From the NCBI GenBank assembly GCA_947073045.1, contig CAMTJU010000005.1, positions 2,187 to 66,186 of the forward strand: DNA of 64,000 nt, written 5' to 3'. The notes beneath the pieces are model-generated. The model was given only the letters and a program-made list of their open reading frames with translations, was not told the origin of the DNA and searched no databases. Positions 53,334-63,118 of this stretch are shown in pieces. Source of the DNA: an uncultured Clostridia bacterium (GTDB taxonomy: Bacteria; Bacillota; Clostridia; Lachnospirales; CAMVHY01). The first letter of the stretch is position 1. Every line of letters begins with the position of its first letter. The position numbers and the translations under genes were made by a program.

Positions 53334-56300
53334 ATGAATATTTATGGCATTACAATTACTATTGCTGTAGTTTTATTAATGTTTTATCTTTGTGACATGA
53401 AAAAATTTTTTAATCTTATTGGCAATCACTATTTATTGATAGTAACGCTTGGCATAATCAGTCGTATTTTTTTTCTTGGCAAATATGGATACAGTACTGA
53501 TATGTCTTGTTTTAAGGCTTGGGCTGAAAATCTGTATACCTACGGGTTATCTAATTTTTACACGTTAGACATTTTTAAGGATTATCCGCCGGGTTATATG
53601 TATGTGTTGTATATTCTCGGGGCAATAAAAAATTGTTTATCACTCAATTCTTTTGAGTTTACTTGCCTAATAAAATTGCCAGCTGTTATGACTGATATTA
53701 TCTGTGCAATTTTAATATATAAGTTTGCTTACAAAAAGTTGAATCATAATCTAGCATTTGTGTTATCTTTATCTTATGTACTCAATCCCGCTATTATTTT
53801 TGATTCAGCAGTATGGGGGCAAGTAGATTCTGTCTACATGCTTTTTATATTCTTAGCAATTTATTGCATAACAGAAAAAAAATATCTTTATGGATTTATC
53901 AGTTTTGCAATAGGAGTATTAATTAAGCCGCAGGGTTTTATTTTTGCGCCTGTTTTTTTGTATGCTATATACGAAATTTTATCTGTAAACAAATTCAATA
54001 AAAAATCGCTTTATCTTGTTTTTCAATACATACTTTGTTCTGGGCTTATTTTTTTTGCGCTAATAATCCCGTTTACAAAAAATTTTGATTTTATGCCCGT
54101 AATAAATCAATACATAGAAACATTTAAGTCATATCCGTATGCAACAATGAATGCTTTTAATTCATTTATGTATGCAAATTTAAATTGGTTTGATATAAGT
54201 AATCCTAAATTTTCAGTTTTCTTTAGCATAGCCGAGTTTGTTTTAATCACGTTAATAACTTTATTTGTATTTTGGTTTTTAGCAAAGTCAAAATCAAAAT
54301 CGAAATATTTTTTCTCAGCTTCATTATTAAATATTTTAGTGTATGTATTTACTTTTAAAATGCACGAGCGATATATTTTTCCTGCAATTATTCTTTTATT
54401 GGCAACTTATATTTATCACAATAGTAAAAAAGATTTATTACTATACGCTGGGTTTTCTATAACATTTTTTATTAATTGCTTTAATACTTATTACGAATGG
54501 ATGCAAAATCACAATACGCAAATTTTTTCTACGCTTGCACAAGTTTTTTCTGTTGCAAATGTAATTTTGGCATTGATTGCTGTTTATGTAGCTAAAAATA
54601 TTAATATATATGACGAACACAAATCCCCAAATACAAAAAAATTATACTCGTCGAATTTAAAAATAGCGCCTGCTGAAAAAATTGAATCAACAAAAAAATT
54701 ATCTATCATGAAAAAAAATGATTGGCTCATTTTAGTTTCTATAACAATTTTGTATGCATGCGTTGCTTTCTTTGATCTGGGGAATTTACAATCTCCACAA
54801 TCATTTTGGTTTGCCAACAAAAATGATTCAGTTGTTATTGATTTAAATAGTGAAAAAAATATACGGCGCATACAAATTTTAAATGGAATACGCCCAGATA
54901 AAATACTCAATTTATACACATCAAACGATAAAAATGATTGGAACTTTAATTGTGAAATTAATCTTAAAGGTGTAACTTCCGTTTTTACTTGGAAAGATGA
55001 AAACGTAAATATAAATCATGCTAGGTTTATTAAAATAGTTTGTATGTCCGATGAAACTTATATACAAGAAATTGCATTGCGTGATGAAAACAATAAAATA
55101 TTGCCTGTGAAAATTATTGATGGGGATGCATATCAACTTTTTGATGAACAAAATCTTGTGCCGGATATTACAGATTATATGAACAGCATGTATTTTGATG
55201 AAGTTTATCATGCACGAACAGCTTATGAATTTTTGCATCATTTAAAGGTTTATGAGACAACTCATCCACCTCTTGGCAAAGATTTTATTGCACTTGGAAT
55301 AAAATTATTTGGAATGACACCGTTTGGCTGGAGATTTTCTGGAACTTTGTGCGGAGTGTTGATGCTTCCTATTTTCTATTTGCTTGCAAAAAAGTTATTT
55401 TCCCGTACACTCTGGGCAACTTTTGCTACAATTTTATTCTCACTAGATTTTATGCACTTTGAACAAACTCGTATTGCTACTGTAGATTCATACACTGTTT
55501 TTTTTATACTTTTAATGTATTTGGCAATGTTTTGTTATTACAACATGAACTTTTTTGATACAAAATTTACGAAAACACTAAAGCCATTAATTCTTTGCGC
55601 AATATTTTCTGGATTTGCTTGTGCATCTAAATGGCAAGGATTTTATGCAATGGCTGGACTTGCTGTTTTATTTTTTGCCGTTATTTTTATGCGATATAAA
55701 GAATTTTTGTATGCAAAAAAATATAATGACGAAAACATTAAAAATAAATTTGCCTCACTTTCTTCTGCTTCAATAAATTTATCAATTGCTTTCATATTTT
55801 TAATTACACTGCCAATTTATTTTTTATCGTATTTTTTTTATCTTAGGACACCAGGTGTAAATGGATTTATAGATGTATTAAAAAATCAAAATTACATGTT
55901 TAGCTATCATGCATACCTAGATGCTACTCATCCATTTAGTTCAAAATGGTGGCAGTGGGTTTTAAATTTGCGCCCAATATTATTTTATAATCATTCATAT
56001 TCTGCAAACGTAAGAGCTGGAATAAGTTGCTTTGCCAATCCTGTAATTTGTTATGGAGGACTTATCGGATTTTTCTATTGTCTATCGAAAATATCAAGAA
56101 AGTTCGATAAAACTATTTTCTTTCTTCTGGTTGGATATCTTGCACAAATTTTGCCTTGGGTTTTCATTACACGTTTGACTTTTGAATATCATTATTTTCC
56201 ATCAATACCATTTTTAATTTTGATGTTTACATATTTTATAAAAGATTGTCTCTATCATAAATTCAAAAACAAAGTTTTAATAGGAACCATTTTTCTTACT

Positions 56301-56405
56301 GCTTTGTTGTTTGTTATGTTTTATCCTGTAATTTCTGGAATGCCGGTTAATACGTTTTATATCAATACATTTTTAAAATGGTTTTGTTCGTGGCAATTAA
56401 CTTAA
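53334..56405 (+). CDS. Multi-domain GT-C glycosyltransferase (PMT/GT39-like protein mannosyltransferase)
   Basis: N-terminal GT-C block (DYPP, WGQVDS, MHERY), central soluble beta domain, PMT block (YFDEVYH, THPPLGK, FGWRF, HPFSS.WWQW, YHYFP). Confidence 0.85.
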   Translation: MNIYGITITIAVVLLMFYLCDMKKFFNLIGNHYLLIVTLGIISRIFFLGKYGYSTDMSCFKAWAENLYTYGLSNFYTLDIFKDYPPGYMYVLYILGAIKNCLSLNSFEFTCLIKLPAVMTDIICAILIYKFAYKKLNHNLAFVLSLSYVLNPAIIFDSAVWGQVDSVYMLFIFLAIYCITEKKYLYGFISFAIGVLIKPQGFIFAPVFLYAIYEILSVNKFNKKSLYLVFQYILCSGLIFFALIIPFTKNFDFMPVINQYIETFKSYPYATMNAFNSFMYANLNWFDISNPKFSVFFSIAEFVLITLITLFVFWFLAKSKSKSKYFFSASLLNILVYVFTFKMHERYIFPAIILLLATYIYHNSKKDLLLYAGFSITFFINCFNTYYEWMQNHNTQIFSTLAQVFSVANVILALIAVYVAKNINIYDEHKSPNTKKLYSSNLKIAPAEKIESTKKLSIMKKNDWLILVSITILYACVAFFDLGNLQSPQSFWFANKNDSVVIDLNSEKNIRRIQILNGIRPDKILNLYTSNDKNDWNFNCEINLKGVTSVFTWKDENVNINHARFIKIVCMSDETYIQEIALRDENNKILPVKIIDGDAYQLFDEQNLVPDITDYMNSMYFDEVYHARTAYEFLHHLKVYETTHPPLGKDFIALGIKLFGMTPFGWRFSGTLCGVLMLPIFYLLAKKLFSRTLWATFATILFSLDFMHFEQTRIATVDSYTVFFILLMYLAMFCYYNMNFFDTKFTKTLKPLILCAIFSGFACASKWQGFYAMAGLAVLFFAVIFMRYKEFLYAKKYNDENIKNKFASLSSASINLSIAFIFLITLPIYFLSYFFYLRTPGVNGFIDVLKNQNYMFSYHAYLDATHPFSSKWWQWVLNLRPILFYNHSYSANVRAGISCFANPVICYGGLIGFFYCLSKISRKFDKTIFFLLVGYLAQILPWVFITRLTFEYHYFPSIPFLILMFTYFIKDCLYHKFKNKVLIGTIFLTALLFVMFYPVISGMPVNTFYINTFLKWFCSWQLT

Positions 56406-56425
56406 AAAAAATAGGAGATGATTGA

Positions 56426-56944
56426 ATGATACTATCGGGGTTTGAAATAAAAAAAAATCTTGGTAACAAAATAAAGATTGAGCCATTTGATATTAACTGC
56501 CTTAACCCGAACAGTTATAATCTAAAATTAGCAGATGAATTATTAATATACGATGAAGAAATTTTGGACATGCGCAAAGAAAATAAATTCCACAAGATAA
56601 AAATTCCAGATGACGGATTAGTTATTTATCCGGGGAAATTATATCTTGCTCGTACGGTTGAATATACTCAAACTGACGGTTTTATTCCGATGCTAGAGGG
56701 GCGTTCGTCTATTGGGCGCCTTGGATTATTTATTCATGTAACAGCAGGATTTGGAGATGTTGGCTTCAAAGGATATTGGACATTAGAAATTCACTGCATT
56801 GAGCCAATAAGAATTTATGCAGGAGTTCAAATCTGCCAGATTTATTACCATACGATTGAAGGAAGCTACAAAAATTATTCATCCGGGAAATATCAAAACA
56901 ATAATGGAATACAGCCAAGTTTGTTGTACCGCGACTTTATTTAA
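56426..56944 (+). CDS. dcd: dCTP deaminase
   Basis: NPNSYNL, EGRSSIGRLGL, TAGFGDVGF.G.WTLE and GKYQ motifs. Confidence 0.95.
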   Translation: MILSGFEIKKNLGNKIKIEPFDINCLNPNSYNLKLADELLIYDEEILDMRKENKFHKIKIPDDGLVIYPGKLYLARTVEYTQTDGFIPMLEGRSSIGRLGLFIHVTAGFGDVGFKGYWTLEIHCIEPIRIYAGVQICQIYYHTIEGSYKNYSSGKYQNNNGIQPSLLYRDFI

Positions 56945-56951
56945 AATTAAT

Positions 56952-57590
56952 CTAGCCACCTAAAGTACAGTCTTGTTTTGAATACCATTGCAAGGCATTG
57001 ATAAAATCATTTTGTGAGAATTGTGGCCACATTTTATCAACAACAAAAAAATCTGAGTAGACACTTTGTACTGGCAAAAATCCGGAAAGTCTGCGCATTC
57101 CTCCCCATCTTATAATTAAATCAATACGGGAAATATCGCTTGATCTTAATGATGAAGCGATTTTTTTGCGCCCTGCATTGCATTTTAAATTTTCTAAATC
57201 CCAATCCCATCCATAATTTATTAGAAAATTAACTTTCATTCCGCCGCCATTTAAATTTTTACGTTCGGTAAATTCTAAAAGTGAACTTGGGAAATTTTTA
57301 GAATCACTGTTCCCTACAACAAGCAATGAAATTTTCTCGTCCATTAATAGATTTATGGCTTCGACGCATGCATTTGCAAAAGCTTTTACCTGAACAGCCG
57401 GCCTTTTACAATTATCAGTTGTAAATCCGTAGAATGTAATTTCTTCAATTTTGTATTCTTGTGCTAGTTTAAAAACTTCAAGTCCTGGATTTAATCCAAA
57501 ATTGTAACCTTCGTGTTTGTTCAAATTATTTTTTTGTGCCCAGCGCCTGTTCCCATCTGGAATAATTCCAATATGCCTAGGTATTTTCAT
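56952..57590 (-). CDS. Undecaprenyl diphosphate synthase-family (cis-prenyltransferase) paralogue
   Basis: HIGIIPDGNRRWA and DLIIRWGGMRRLSGFLP motifs; start is ATG 57590 or GTG 57599. Confidence 0.88.
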   Translation of the reverse strand: MKIPRHIGIIPDGNRRWAQKNNLNKHEGYNFGLNPGLEVFKLAQEYKIEEITFYGFTTDNCKRPAVQVKAFANACVEAINLLMDEKISLLVVGNSDSKNFPSSLLEFTERKNLNGGGMKVNFLINYGWDWDLENLKCNAGRKKIASSLRSSDISRIDLIIRWGGMRRLSGFLPVQSVYSDFFVVDKMWPQFSQNDFINALQWYSKQDCTLGG

Positions 57591-57649
57591 GTTATTCACT
57601 TGCCTTTTTTATATTATCATTGGCAATATAAGATTTGTTTATACACAAA

Positions 57650-57688
57650 AAATAAACCGAAGAGAAAACTATCTCTTCGGTTTTATTT
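57650..57688. terminator. Intrinsic terminator after rpmA
   Basis: AAACCGAAGAGA-aaacta-TCTCTTCGGTTT. Confidence 0.75.
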
Positions 57689-57708
57689 AAATATAAAAAA
57701 TAAAAATT

Positions 57709-57999
57709 TTAGCTTGCTGCTTCAATTTTATAAACAGAAACTTGTTTTTTGTCTTTGCCCTTGCGTTCGTATTTTACACGTCCGTCAACTAATGCAAATA
57801 ATGTATCGTCTGAGCCACGGCCAACATTTATTCCAGGATGAATTTTAGTACCACGTTGTTTATATAAAATATTTCCGGCTTTAACGAATTGACCATCAGC
57901 ACGTTTTGCGCCTAAGCGTTTAGATTCAGAATCACGACCGTTTTTAGTAGAACCCACACCTTTTTTATGCGCAAAAAACTGCAGATTTAATTTAATCAT
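57709..57999 (-). CDS. rpmA: 50S ribosomal protein L27 with Firmicute N-terminal extension
   Basis: LNLQFF|[15 protein letters not shown]. Confidence 0.99.
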   Translation of the reverse strand: MIKLNLQFFAHKKGVGSTKNGRDSESKRLGAKRADGQFVKAGNILYKQRGTKIHPGINVGRGSDDTLFALVDGRVKYERKGKDKKQVSVYKIEAAS

Positions 58000-58304
58000 A
58001 ATTTCACCTCCGATATTTTAACAAATTTTCCATATTCGCAAGAAACATTTTTCAAACCAAACTCAAGTGCGCTAATTAAAGTTTTTGCATCATGAGAAAT
58101 ATTTTTGTTCTCAAATCTAAAATCAATCATTCCGCCATCTTTATTGTAATTACAAACAAACTTATCTTGCGTAAATTTCTCAATGCAATTAACAGTATTT
58201 ATGGCGAGGATAGAAACTGCTGAACAAATATATTCTGGGCCATGACCATTTATTTTAAATGCGCAAAGATAATCCTTGTTATAAAAAAAATCTATCTTTA
58301 TCAT
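57996..58304 (-). CDS. prp: Ribosomal-processing cysteine protease Prp
   Basis: GH...CSAVS catalytic pair; located between rplU and rpmA. Confidence 0.9.
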   Translation of the reverse strand: MIKIDFFYNKDYLCAFKINGHGPEYICSAVSILAINTVNCIEKFTQDKFVCNYNKDGGMIDFRFENKNISHDAKTLISALEFGLKNVSCEYGKFVKISEVKL

Positions 58305-58616
58305 TTACAAAGAAATCTTTTCAATTTTTAATTGAGTAAATTGTTGTCTGTGACCTTTTTTCTTATGGAAACCTTTTTTAGGTTTATATTTATAAATAAC
58401 AACCTTTTTATGTTTTCCATTTCCAATAACGGTTGAGCTTACGCAAGCATTTTCAAGATAAGGATTGCCAAATGAAAAATTATCGCCATCGGCAACAAGA
58501 AGAACATTCTTAAATTCGTAAGAGTCTCCAGATTCAACGTTAAGTTTTTCAACTTTAATAATGTCGCCCTCACTAACCTTATATTGCTTTGAGCCCGTTT
58601 CGATAATAGCGTACAT
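58305..58616 (-). CDS. rplU: 50S ribosomal protein L21
   Basis: MYAIIETGSKQYKV and KKGHRQ motifs; ATG 58616 after GGAGGTG. Confidence 0.98.
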   Translation of the reverse strand: MYAIIETGSKQYKVSEGDIIKVEKLNVESGDSYEFKNVLLVADGDNFSFGNPYLENACVSSTVIGNGKHKKVVIYKYKPKKGFHKKKGHRQQFTQLKIEKISL

Positions 58617-58624
58617 AAATTGCA

Positions 58625-58685
58625 CCTCCTACAAAACATAATCGCCTGATGTGGTAAAAATTTTAAAACCTCTCAGAGCGTCAAC
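58625..58685 (-). ncRNA. Putative L21 leader cis-regulatory RNA
   Basis: The 5' UTR of rplU can pair CGCTCTGA with TCAGGCG around an inner GGT..ACC stem; position matches the Firmicute L21 leader. Confidence 0.45.
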
Positions 58686-58764
58686 ATTTTTAATTCTATC
58701 ACAAATATTTATTCACGTTCAACATTTTTCATAAAATTTTTCTTTGCTGGCAATATTTTTTGAA

Positions 58765-58793
58765 TTGACAAGCGTTTTTTCAAGCTTTATAAT
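58765..58793 (+). promoter_or_regulatory. Consensus sigma-A promoter of miaB
   Basis: Exact TTGACA-17bp-TATAAT. Confidence 0.85.
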
Positions 58794-58823
58794 TTTACAA
58801 TAAAACAGATTAGGAGCAATTAC

Positions 58824-60176
58824 ATGAGCGAGTATTACATAAAACAAATTTTTGAATTAAATAAAGGGAAAAATAAAAAAGCTAAAATAAATACTTTTGG
58901 TTGCCAAATGAATGCGCATGATTCCGAAAAATTATCCGATATGATTTTAAAAATGGGTTATGAAATTACAAATGACAATGATGCTGATTTAGTTTTGTTT
59001 AATACATGTTGTGTACGTGAAAATCCTGAGGATAAACTTTTTGGAAACCTTGGTTATTTTAAAAATAAAAAGAAAAACAATCCGGATTTGAAAATAATTT
59101 TGTGTGGATGCATGATGCAGCAAAAACATATTATTGATAAATTGCGTTCTTCTTATAATTTTGTTGATGTTGTGTTTGGGACATTTAATTTTCATAAATT
59201 ACCTGAGCTTTTATACAATAATATAATGAGCAATTCACAAATTATTGATATTTGGGATGAAGCTAAAGAGTTTGAAGAAAATTTTTCGCTTACGCGCAAA
59301 TTTCCTTTTAAAGCAAGCGTTAATATTATTTATGGATGCAATAATTTTTGTTCATATTGTATAGTTCCGTATGTAAGAGGACGTGAGCGCAGCAGAAATT
59401 TCAATGATATTGTCGATGAGGTTAAATATTTAGTTGATGATGGAGTAAAGGAAATAATGCTGTTAGGTCAAAATGTTAATTCTTATGGCTTGGATTTGAA
59501 AAATGGTGAAAATTTTGCTAAACTTTTAAAAGAAATAAATAAAATTGATGGCTTGGAAAGAATTAGATTTATGACTTCGCATCCAAAAGATTTATCTGAT
59601 GAATTAATTTTTACAATGCGCGATTGCAGGAAAATTTGTCACCATTTGCATTTGCCAGTTCAATCTGGAAGTAATCGCATTTTAAAATTAATGAATAGAA
59701 AATACACGCGTGAATATTATTTGAAATTAGTTGAAAAAATAAAAAAAAACATACCTGATATTGCATTGACAACTGATATAATTGTAGGATTTCCACAGGA
59801 AACAAACGAAGATTTCGAAGATACTTTGTCGCTTGTAAAAGAAGTGGCATTTGACAATGCATTTACTTTTATTTATTCAAAGCGTGAAAGAACTAAAGCT
59901 GCTAAAATGCCTGAACAAATTCCATCTGAAATTGTTAAGGAACGTTTTGAAAAACTATTAGATGTATTAAATAATATAGTTGGCAAGAAAAATGAGAGAT
60001 ATTTGGGAAGCACACAAAAAATTTTAGTTGAAGAATATGATAATAATAAATTGACAGGTCGCAATGAAAATAATATTTTGGTACATTTTAACGGAAAAAA
60101 AAATTTGCTTGGAAATCTTGTTGATGTTAAAATTATAAATTGTAAACCATTTTATTTGGTTGCAGAAAGAATTTAG
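58824..60176 (+). CDS. miaB: tRNA-2-methylthio-N6-dimethylallyladenosine synthase
   Basis: TFGCQMN.HDSE, NTCCVRE, radical SAM GCNNFCSYCIVP, LLGQNVNSY and a C-terminal TRAM domain. Confidence 0.96.
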   Translation: MSEYYIKQIFELNKGKNKKAKINTFGCQMNAHDSEKLSDMILKMGYEITNDNDADLVLFNTCCVRENPEDKLFGNLGYFKNKKKNNPDLKIILCGCMMQQKHIIDKLRSSYNFVDVVFGTFNFHKLPELLYNNIMSNSQIIDIWDEAKEFEENFSLTRKFPFKASVNIIYGCNNFCSYCIVPYVRGRERSRNFNDIVDEVKYLVDDGVKEIMLLGQNVNSYGLDLKNGENFAKLLKEINKIDGLERIRFMTSHPKDLSDELIFTMRDCRKICHHLHLPVQSGSNRILKLMNRKYTREYYLKLVEKIKKNIPDIALTTDIIVGFPQETNEDFEDTLSLVKEVAFDNAFTFIYSKRERTKAAKMPEQIPSEIVKERFEKLLDVLNNIVGKKNERYLGSTQKILVEEYDNNKLTGRNENNILVHFNGKKNLLGNLVDVKIINCKPFYLVAERI

Positions 60177-60186
60177 GAGGTTAACT

Positions 60187-62064
60187 ATGAAAATTAATTT
60201 TAAAAAAATTGCTGTATTGCCAATTGCATTTTCTTTGTTTTCAAATTCTGTATTGGCAATGAATTTTAAAGATGTATCACAAACTTTTTGGGGGTATCAA
60301 TATATTAATGATGTAGCTCAAAAGGGATTAATTACAGCTGATGCTGCTGGGTATTTTAAACCAAACAATAATATAAATAAATTCGATAGTGCTAAAATTT
60401 TAGCTAAAGCTGCAGGTTACAAATATACTGATATTACAAGTGATGAAAATGAGTTTTATAATAATGCGTATAATAAATACAAATCGCTTTTGTCGGATTA
60501 CGCTAAAAAATATAGTAAGTGGACAAATATCTCGGATAGAGAAATTGCATACTTACTAGAAAAAAATATTTTTACTCAAAGTGATTTAGATAAATTTATT
60601 GTTAAAGACACAAGCTCTGAAAAACTTCGTGCACTTTCAAAAGAAGAAGCTGCTATGTATCTTGTAAAATTAATAGACACTTTGGTTCAGGTAAATAGTT
60701 CTGATACAACAATTTTTGCAGATGATAGTTTAATTTCTGAAAGTTATAAACCGTATGTTGCTTGTCTTTGTAAAAATGGTATAATAACGGGTGATGATAA
60801 TAATAAATTCAATCCCAAATCTGCTGTAACTAAAACTACATTTTCTGTTATGTTGAGTAAAACTTTGAAATTTATTGAAGATAATAAAGTTCAAAGAATT
60901 GAATCTATATCAGGAACTATAGATAAAATTTATACAGGAATTGGCGCCGTGCAAATTATTTCTTCTTCTGGCAGCAAAAATGTTTACAAAATATCTTCCG
61001 ATGCTAGCATTATTATTGATGGATCAAATAAAACTTTGTCTGATTTAAAAGAAAACATGGCAATAACGGCTAATCTCAATAATTCCGTTATAATTTCAAT
61101 CAAGGCTGAAAATTATTCTCCAGAGCCTGATCTTGATCCAGACATAAAGTTAAAAAACATAAGTGGAATTGTAGAATCTACTTCTTTGGATAGTCCAAAA
61201 ACGATAAGTATAAAAATACAAATGTTGAATCCGTCAGGTGGAGTTATTACCCAAGTTTTAAAATATGTTTTAGCAGACAACTGTAAAATAAATAGGTCTG
61301 ACAGCCCTATATCTTTAAGCGATATTTCAAATGGTGAAATAGTGAAAATTGGATATGACGATGAAAAAGCATATTCAATTACAATAGAAGAAAAAAACAA
61401 GAGAATAATAGGTACATTGCTTGAAAAAAAATATAATTCTGATTCAGCATATTTGGTAATAGAAGATTCAAATAAAGAAAAATATGAATTGAAAATTACA
61501 AGTGATACAACTATAAATCGTAAAAATGATGGAAGAATATCGTGGAATGATTTGAAAATTGGAGATAAAATTACGGCCTCTGCTGAATATAGTAATTTAA
61601 CTGATGTTTATGCTGAAGGCGAATCTGCTACAAAAGAAGGTTGGGTTGAAGAAGTTAAAATTTCAAAAGATGGCTCGGCTATTGTAAAAATTAGAAATGA
61701 AGATAATTTAATTAAAGAATATTATGTGTCAGCTGGAAAAGTTGATGTCTATTCTATTCATGTGAACAACAAGGTTAAGATAAATATTGACAGTGATGAA
61801 ATTAATTCGTTGGTTGTTATCGACAAATCACAAACAAATTATTTTGGTGAAGTTCAAAGAATTTATGACAATACTACAATAAAGATAAAAACAGATACGG
61901 GTAATGAAATAGAAATACAATGCAATAAAGATACAAAATTTAAAGATGAAAACGGTCGAGATATAAATATAAGTTCAATTTACCGCAAAGATAAAGTTTA
62001 CATAGTAATGAATGATAATTCAAACTATGCTAAATCGGTTACAATAGTTTATTCGAATAGATAA
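60187..62064 (+). CDS. Secreted S-layer homology (SLH) domain protein with repeated beta-rich C-terminal domains
   Basis: Signal peptide MKINFKK...VLA; SLH motifs FKDV..FWG and GIITGD..KFNP..AVTK; AGGAGG RBS. Confidence 0.85.
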   Translation: MKINFKKIAVLPIAFSLFSNSVLAMNFKDVSQTFWGYQYINDVAQKGLITADAAGYFKPNNNINKFDSAKILAKAAGYKYTDITSDENEFYNNAYNKYKSLLSDYAKKYSKWTNISDREIAYLLEKNIFTQSDLDKFIVKDTSSEKLRALSKEEAAMYLVKLIDTLVQVNSSDTTIFADDSLISESYKPYVACLCKNGIITGDDNNKFNPKSAVTKTTFSVMLSKTLKFIEDNKVQRIESISGTIDKIYTGIGAVQIISSSGSKNVYKISSDASIIIDGSNKTLSDLKENMAITANLNNSVIISIKAENYSPEPDLDPDIKLKNISGIVESTSLDSPKTISIKIQMLNPSGGVITQVLKYVLADNCKINRSDSPISLSDISNGEIVKIGYDDEKAYSITIEEKNKRIIGTLLEKKYNSDSAYLVIEDSNKEKYELKITSDTTINRKNDGRISWNDLKIGDKITASAEYSNLTDVYAEGESATKEGWVEEVKISKDGSAIVKIRNEDNLIKEYYVSAGKVDVYSIHVNNKVKINIDSDEINSLVVIDKSQTNYFGEVQRIYDNTTIKIKTDTGNEIEIQCNKDTKFKDENGRDINISSIYRKDKVYIVMNDNSNYAKSVTIVYSNR

Positions 62065-62162
62065 AAAACAAGTAAAATAAAAAAATCAAGCTTAGCTTGA
62101 TGTTTACGGTGATAAGGAAGTAGAGAAACTAACTTATCATTAACGCTGACAAACAGGGTGCA

Positions 62163-62224
62163 AAAACAGAGAACCAATCACTGCAAAAAGATTGATTATG
62201 CAAAAGTGTTTGGCTCTCTGTTTT
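62163..62224. terminator. Long imperfect stem-loop downstream of the methyltransferase
   Basis: AAAACAGAGAACCAA..CACTGCA / TGCA..GTG..TTGGCTCTCTGTTTT. Confidence 0.55.
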
Positions 62225-62237
62225 ACTGTATTATTTA

Positions 62238-63086
62238 TTATCTGAGTGAGATAGAATTTGGTAATTGTAAATTATCGCTGAAAAAAATATATTCTTGCGC
62301 CTTTTTACTTATCTGGATGCTGTAGGTGACATCCAAATAGCTACTTCGATATTTTTTATATAATTCTGCGACTAATGGACATATATCATATGTGACAACC
62401 CATTTTCTATTACATTCTGATATAAGCTTACACAAATCTCTATGGTCTTTCGCAATAAAAGCATTTTTATATAATTGTGTACCTTTTTTAACATATGGCG
62501 GATCAAGATTAATAAATGACTTATAATATTTTCTTAATTGTTGTGGTTGCAACAATTCTTTGGCGTCTTGCTTTAATAACACTATCTGGTCTCTATACCC
62601 GGAAATCTTCATTATCTTCTTTATTAAATTCTCTTTATTGAACCTAGCATCCATTTTATACGTTCCTGTTTGTTCTTGCCCGCCAATAACACCTCCTTTT
62701 ATAACGCCAGATACATTTGTTCGATTTAAATAAAAAGTGGCAAATCCTAATTTTAATGAAGCGTAATCGCTATTGTCCATATATATATTTCGTTGGTTCT
62801 TCCATTCATCCAATGTAATTGGTGTGGAATCAATCAAACCACAAAAAGCATCTGTTTCATAAAGAATGCTATACCAAAAAGAATAAATTGCCGGGTCAAA
62901 ATCATTAATAACTATACGCTTTACATCATTATTGAGCAATAATTTTAATGCCAACCCTGCTCCTCCCGCAAAAGGCTCAATGTATGTTTCCCCTATCAAG
63001 TTATTGCATTTTAATATTTCTCTGATATAGTCATAAAACTTTGATTTTCCTCCCGGATATCGAAGTGGAGAATAAGTACTTGGCAT
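62238..63086 (-). CDS. Dam-like (D12-class) DNA adenine methyltransferase
   Basis: SPLRYPGGK, motif I EPFAGGAG, IND.D and motif IV DPPY. Confidence 0.93.
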   Translation of the reverse strand: MPSTYSPLRYPGGKSKFYDYIREILKCNNLIGETYIEPFAGGAGLALKLLLNNDVKRIVINDFDPAIYSFWYSILYETDAFCGLIDSTPITLDEWKNQRNIYMDNSDYASLKLGFATFYLNRTNVSGVIKGGVIGGQEQTGTYKMDARFNKENLIKKIMKISGYRDQIVLLKQDAKELLQPQQLRKYYKSFINLDPPYVKKGTQLYKNAFIAKDHRDLCKLISECNRKWVVTYDICPLVAELYKKYRSSYLDVTYSIQISKKAQEYIFFSDNLQLPNSISLR

Positions 63087-63118
63087 CTTATCACCCCCAT
63101 TCTCTCAATGGCAAATGT

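Noticed and set aside
57709-58304. L27 N-terminal extension and the intervening gene as a novelty
   Set aside because: This is the known Firmicute rplU-prp-rpmA processing system
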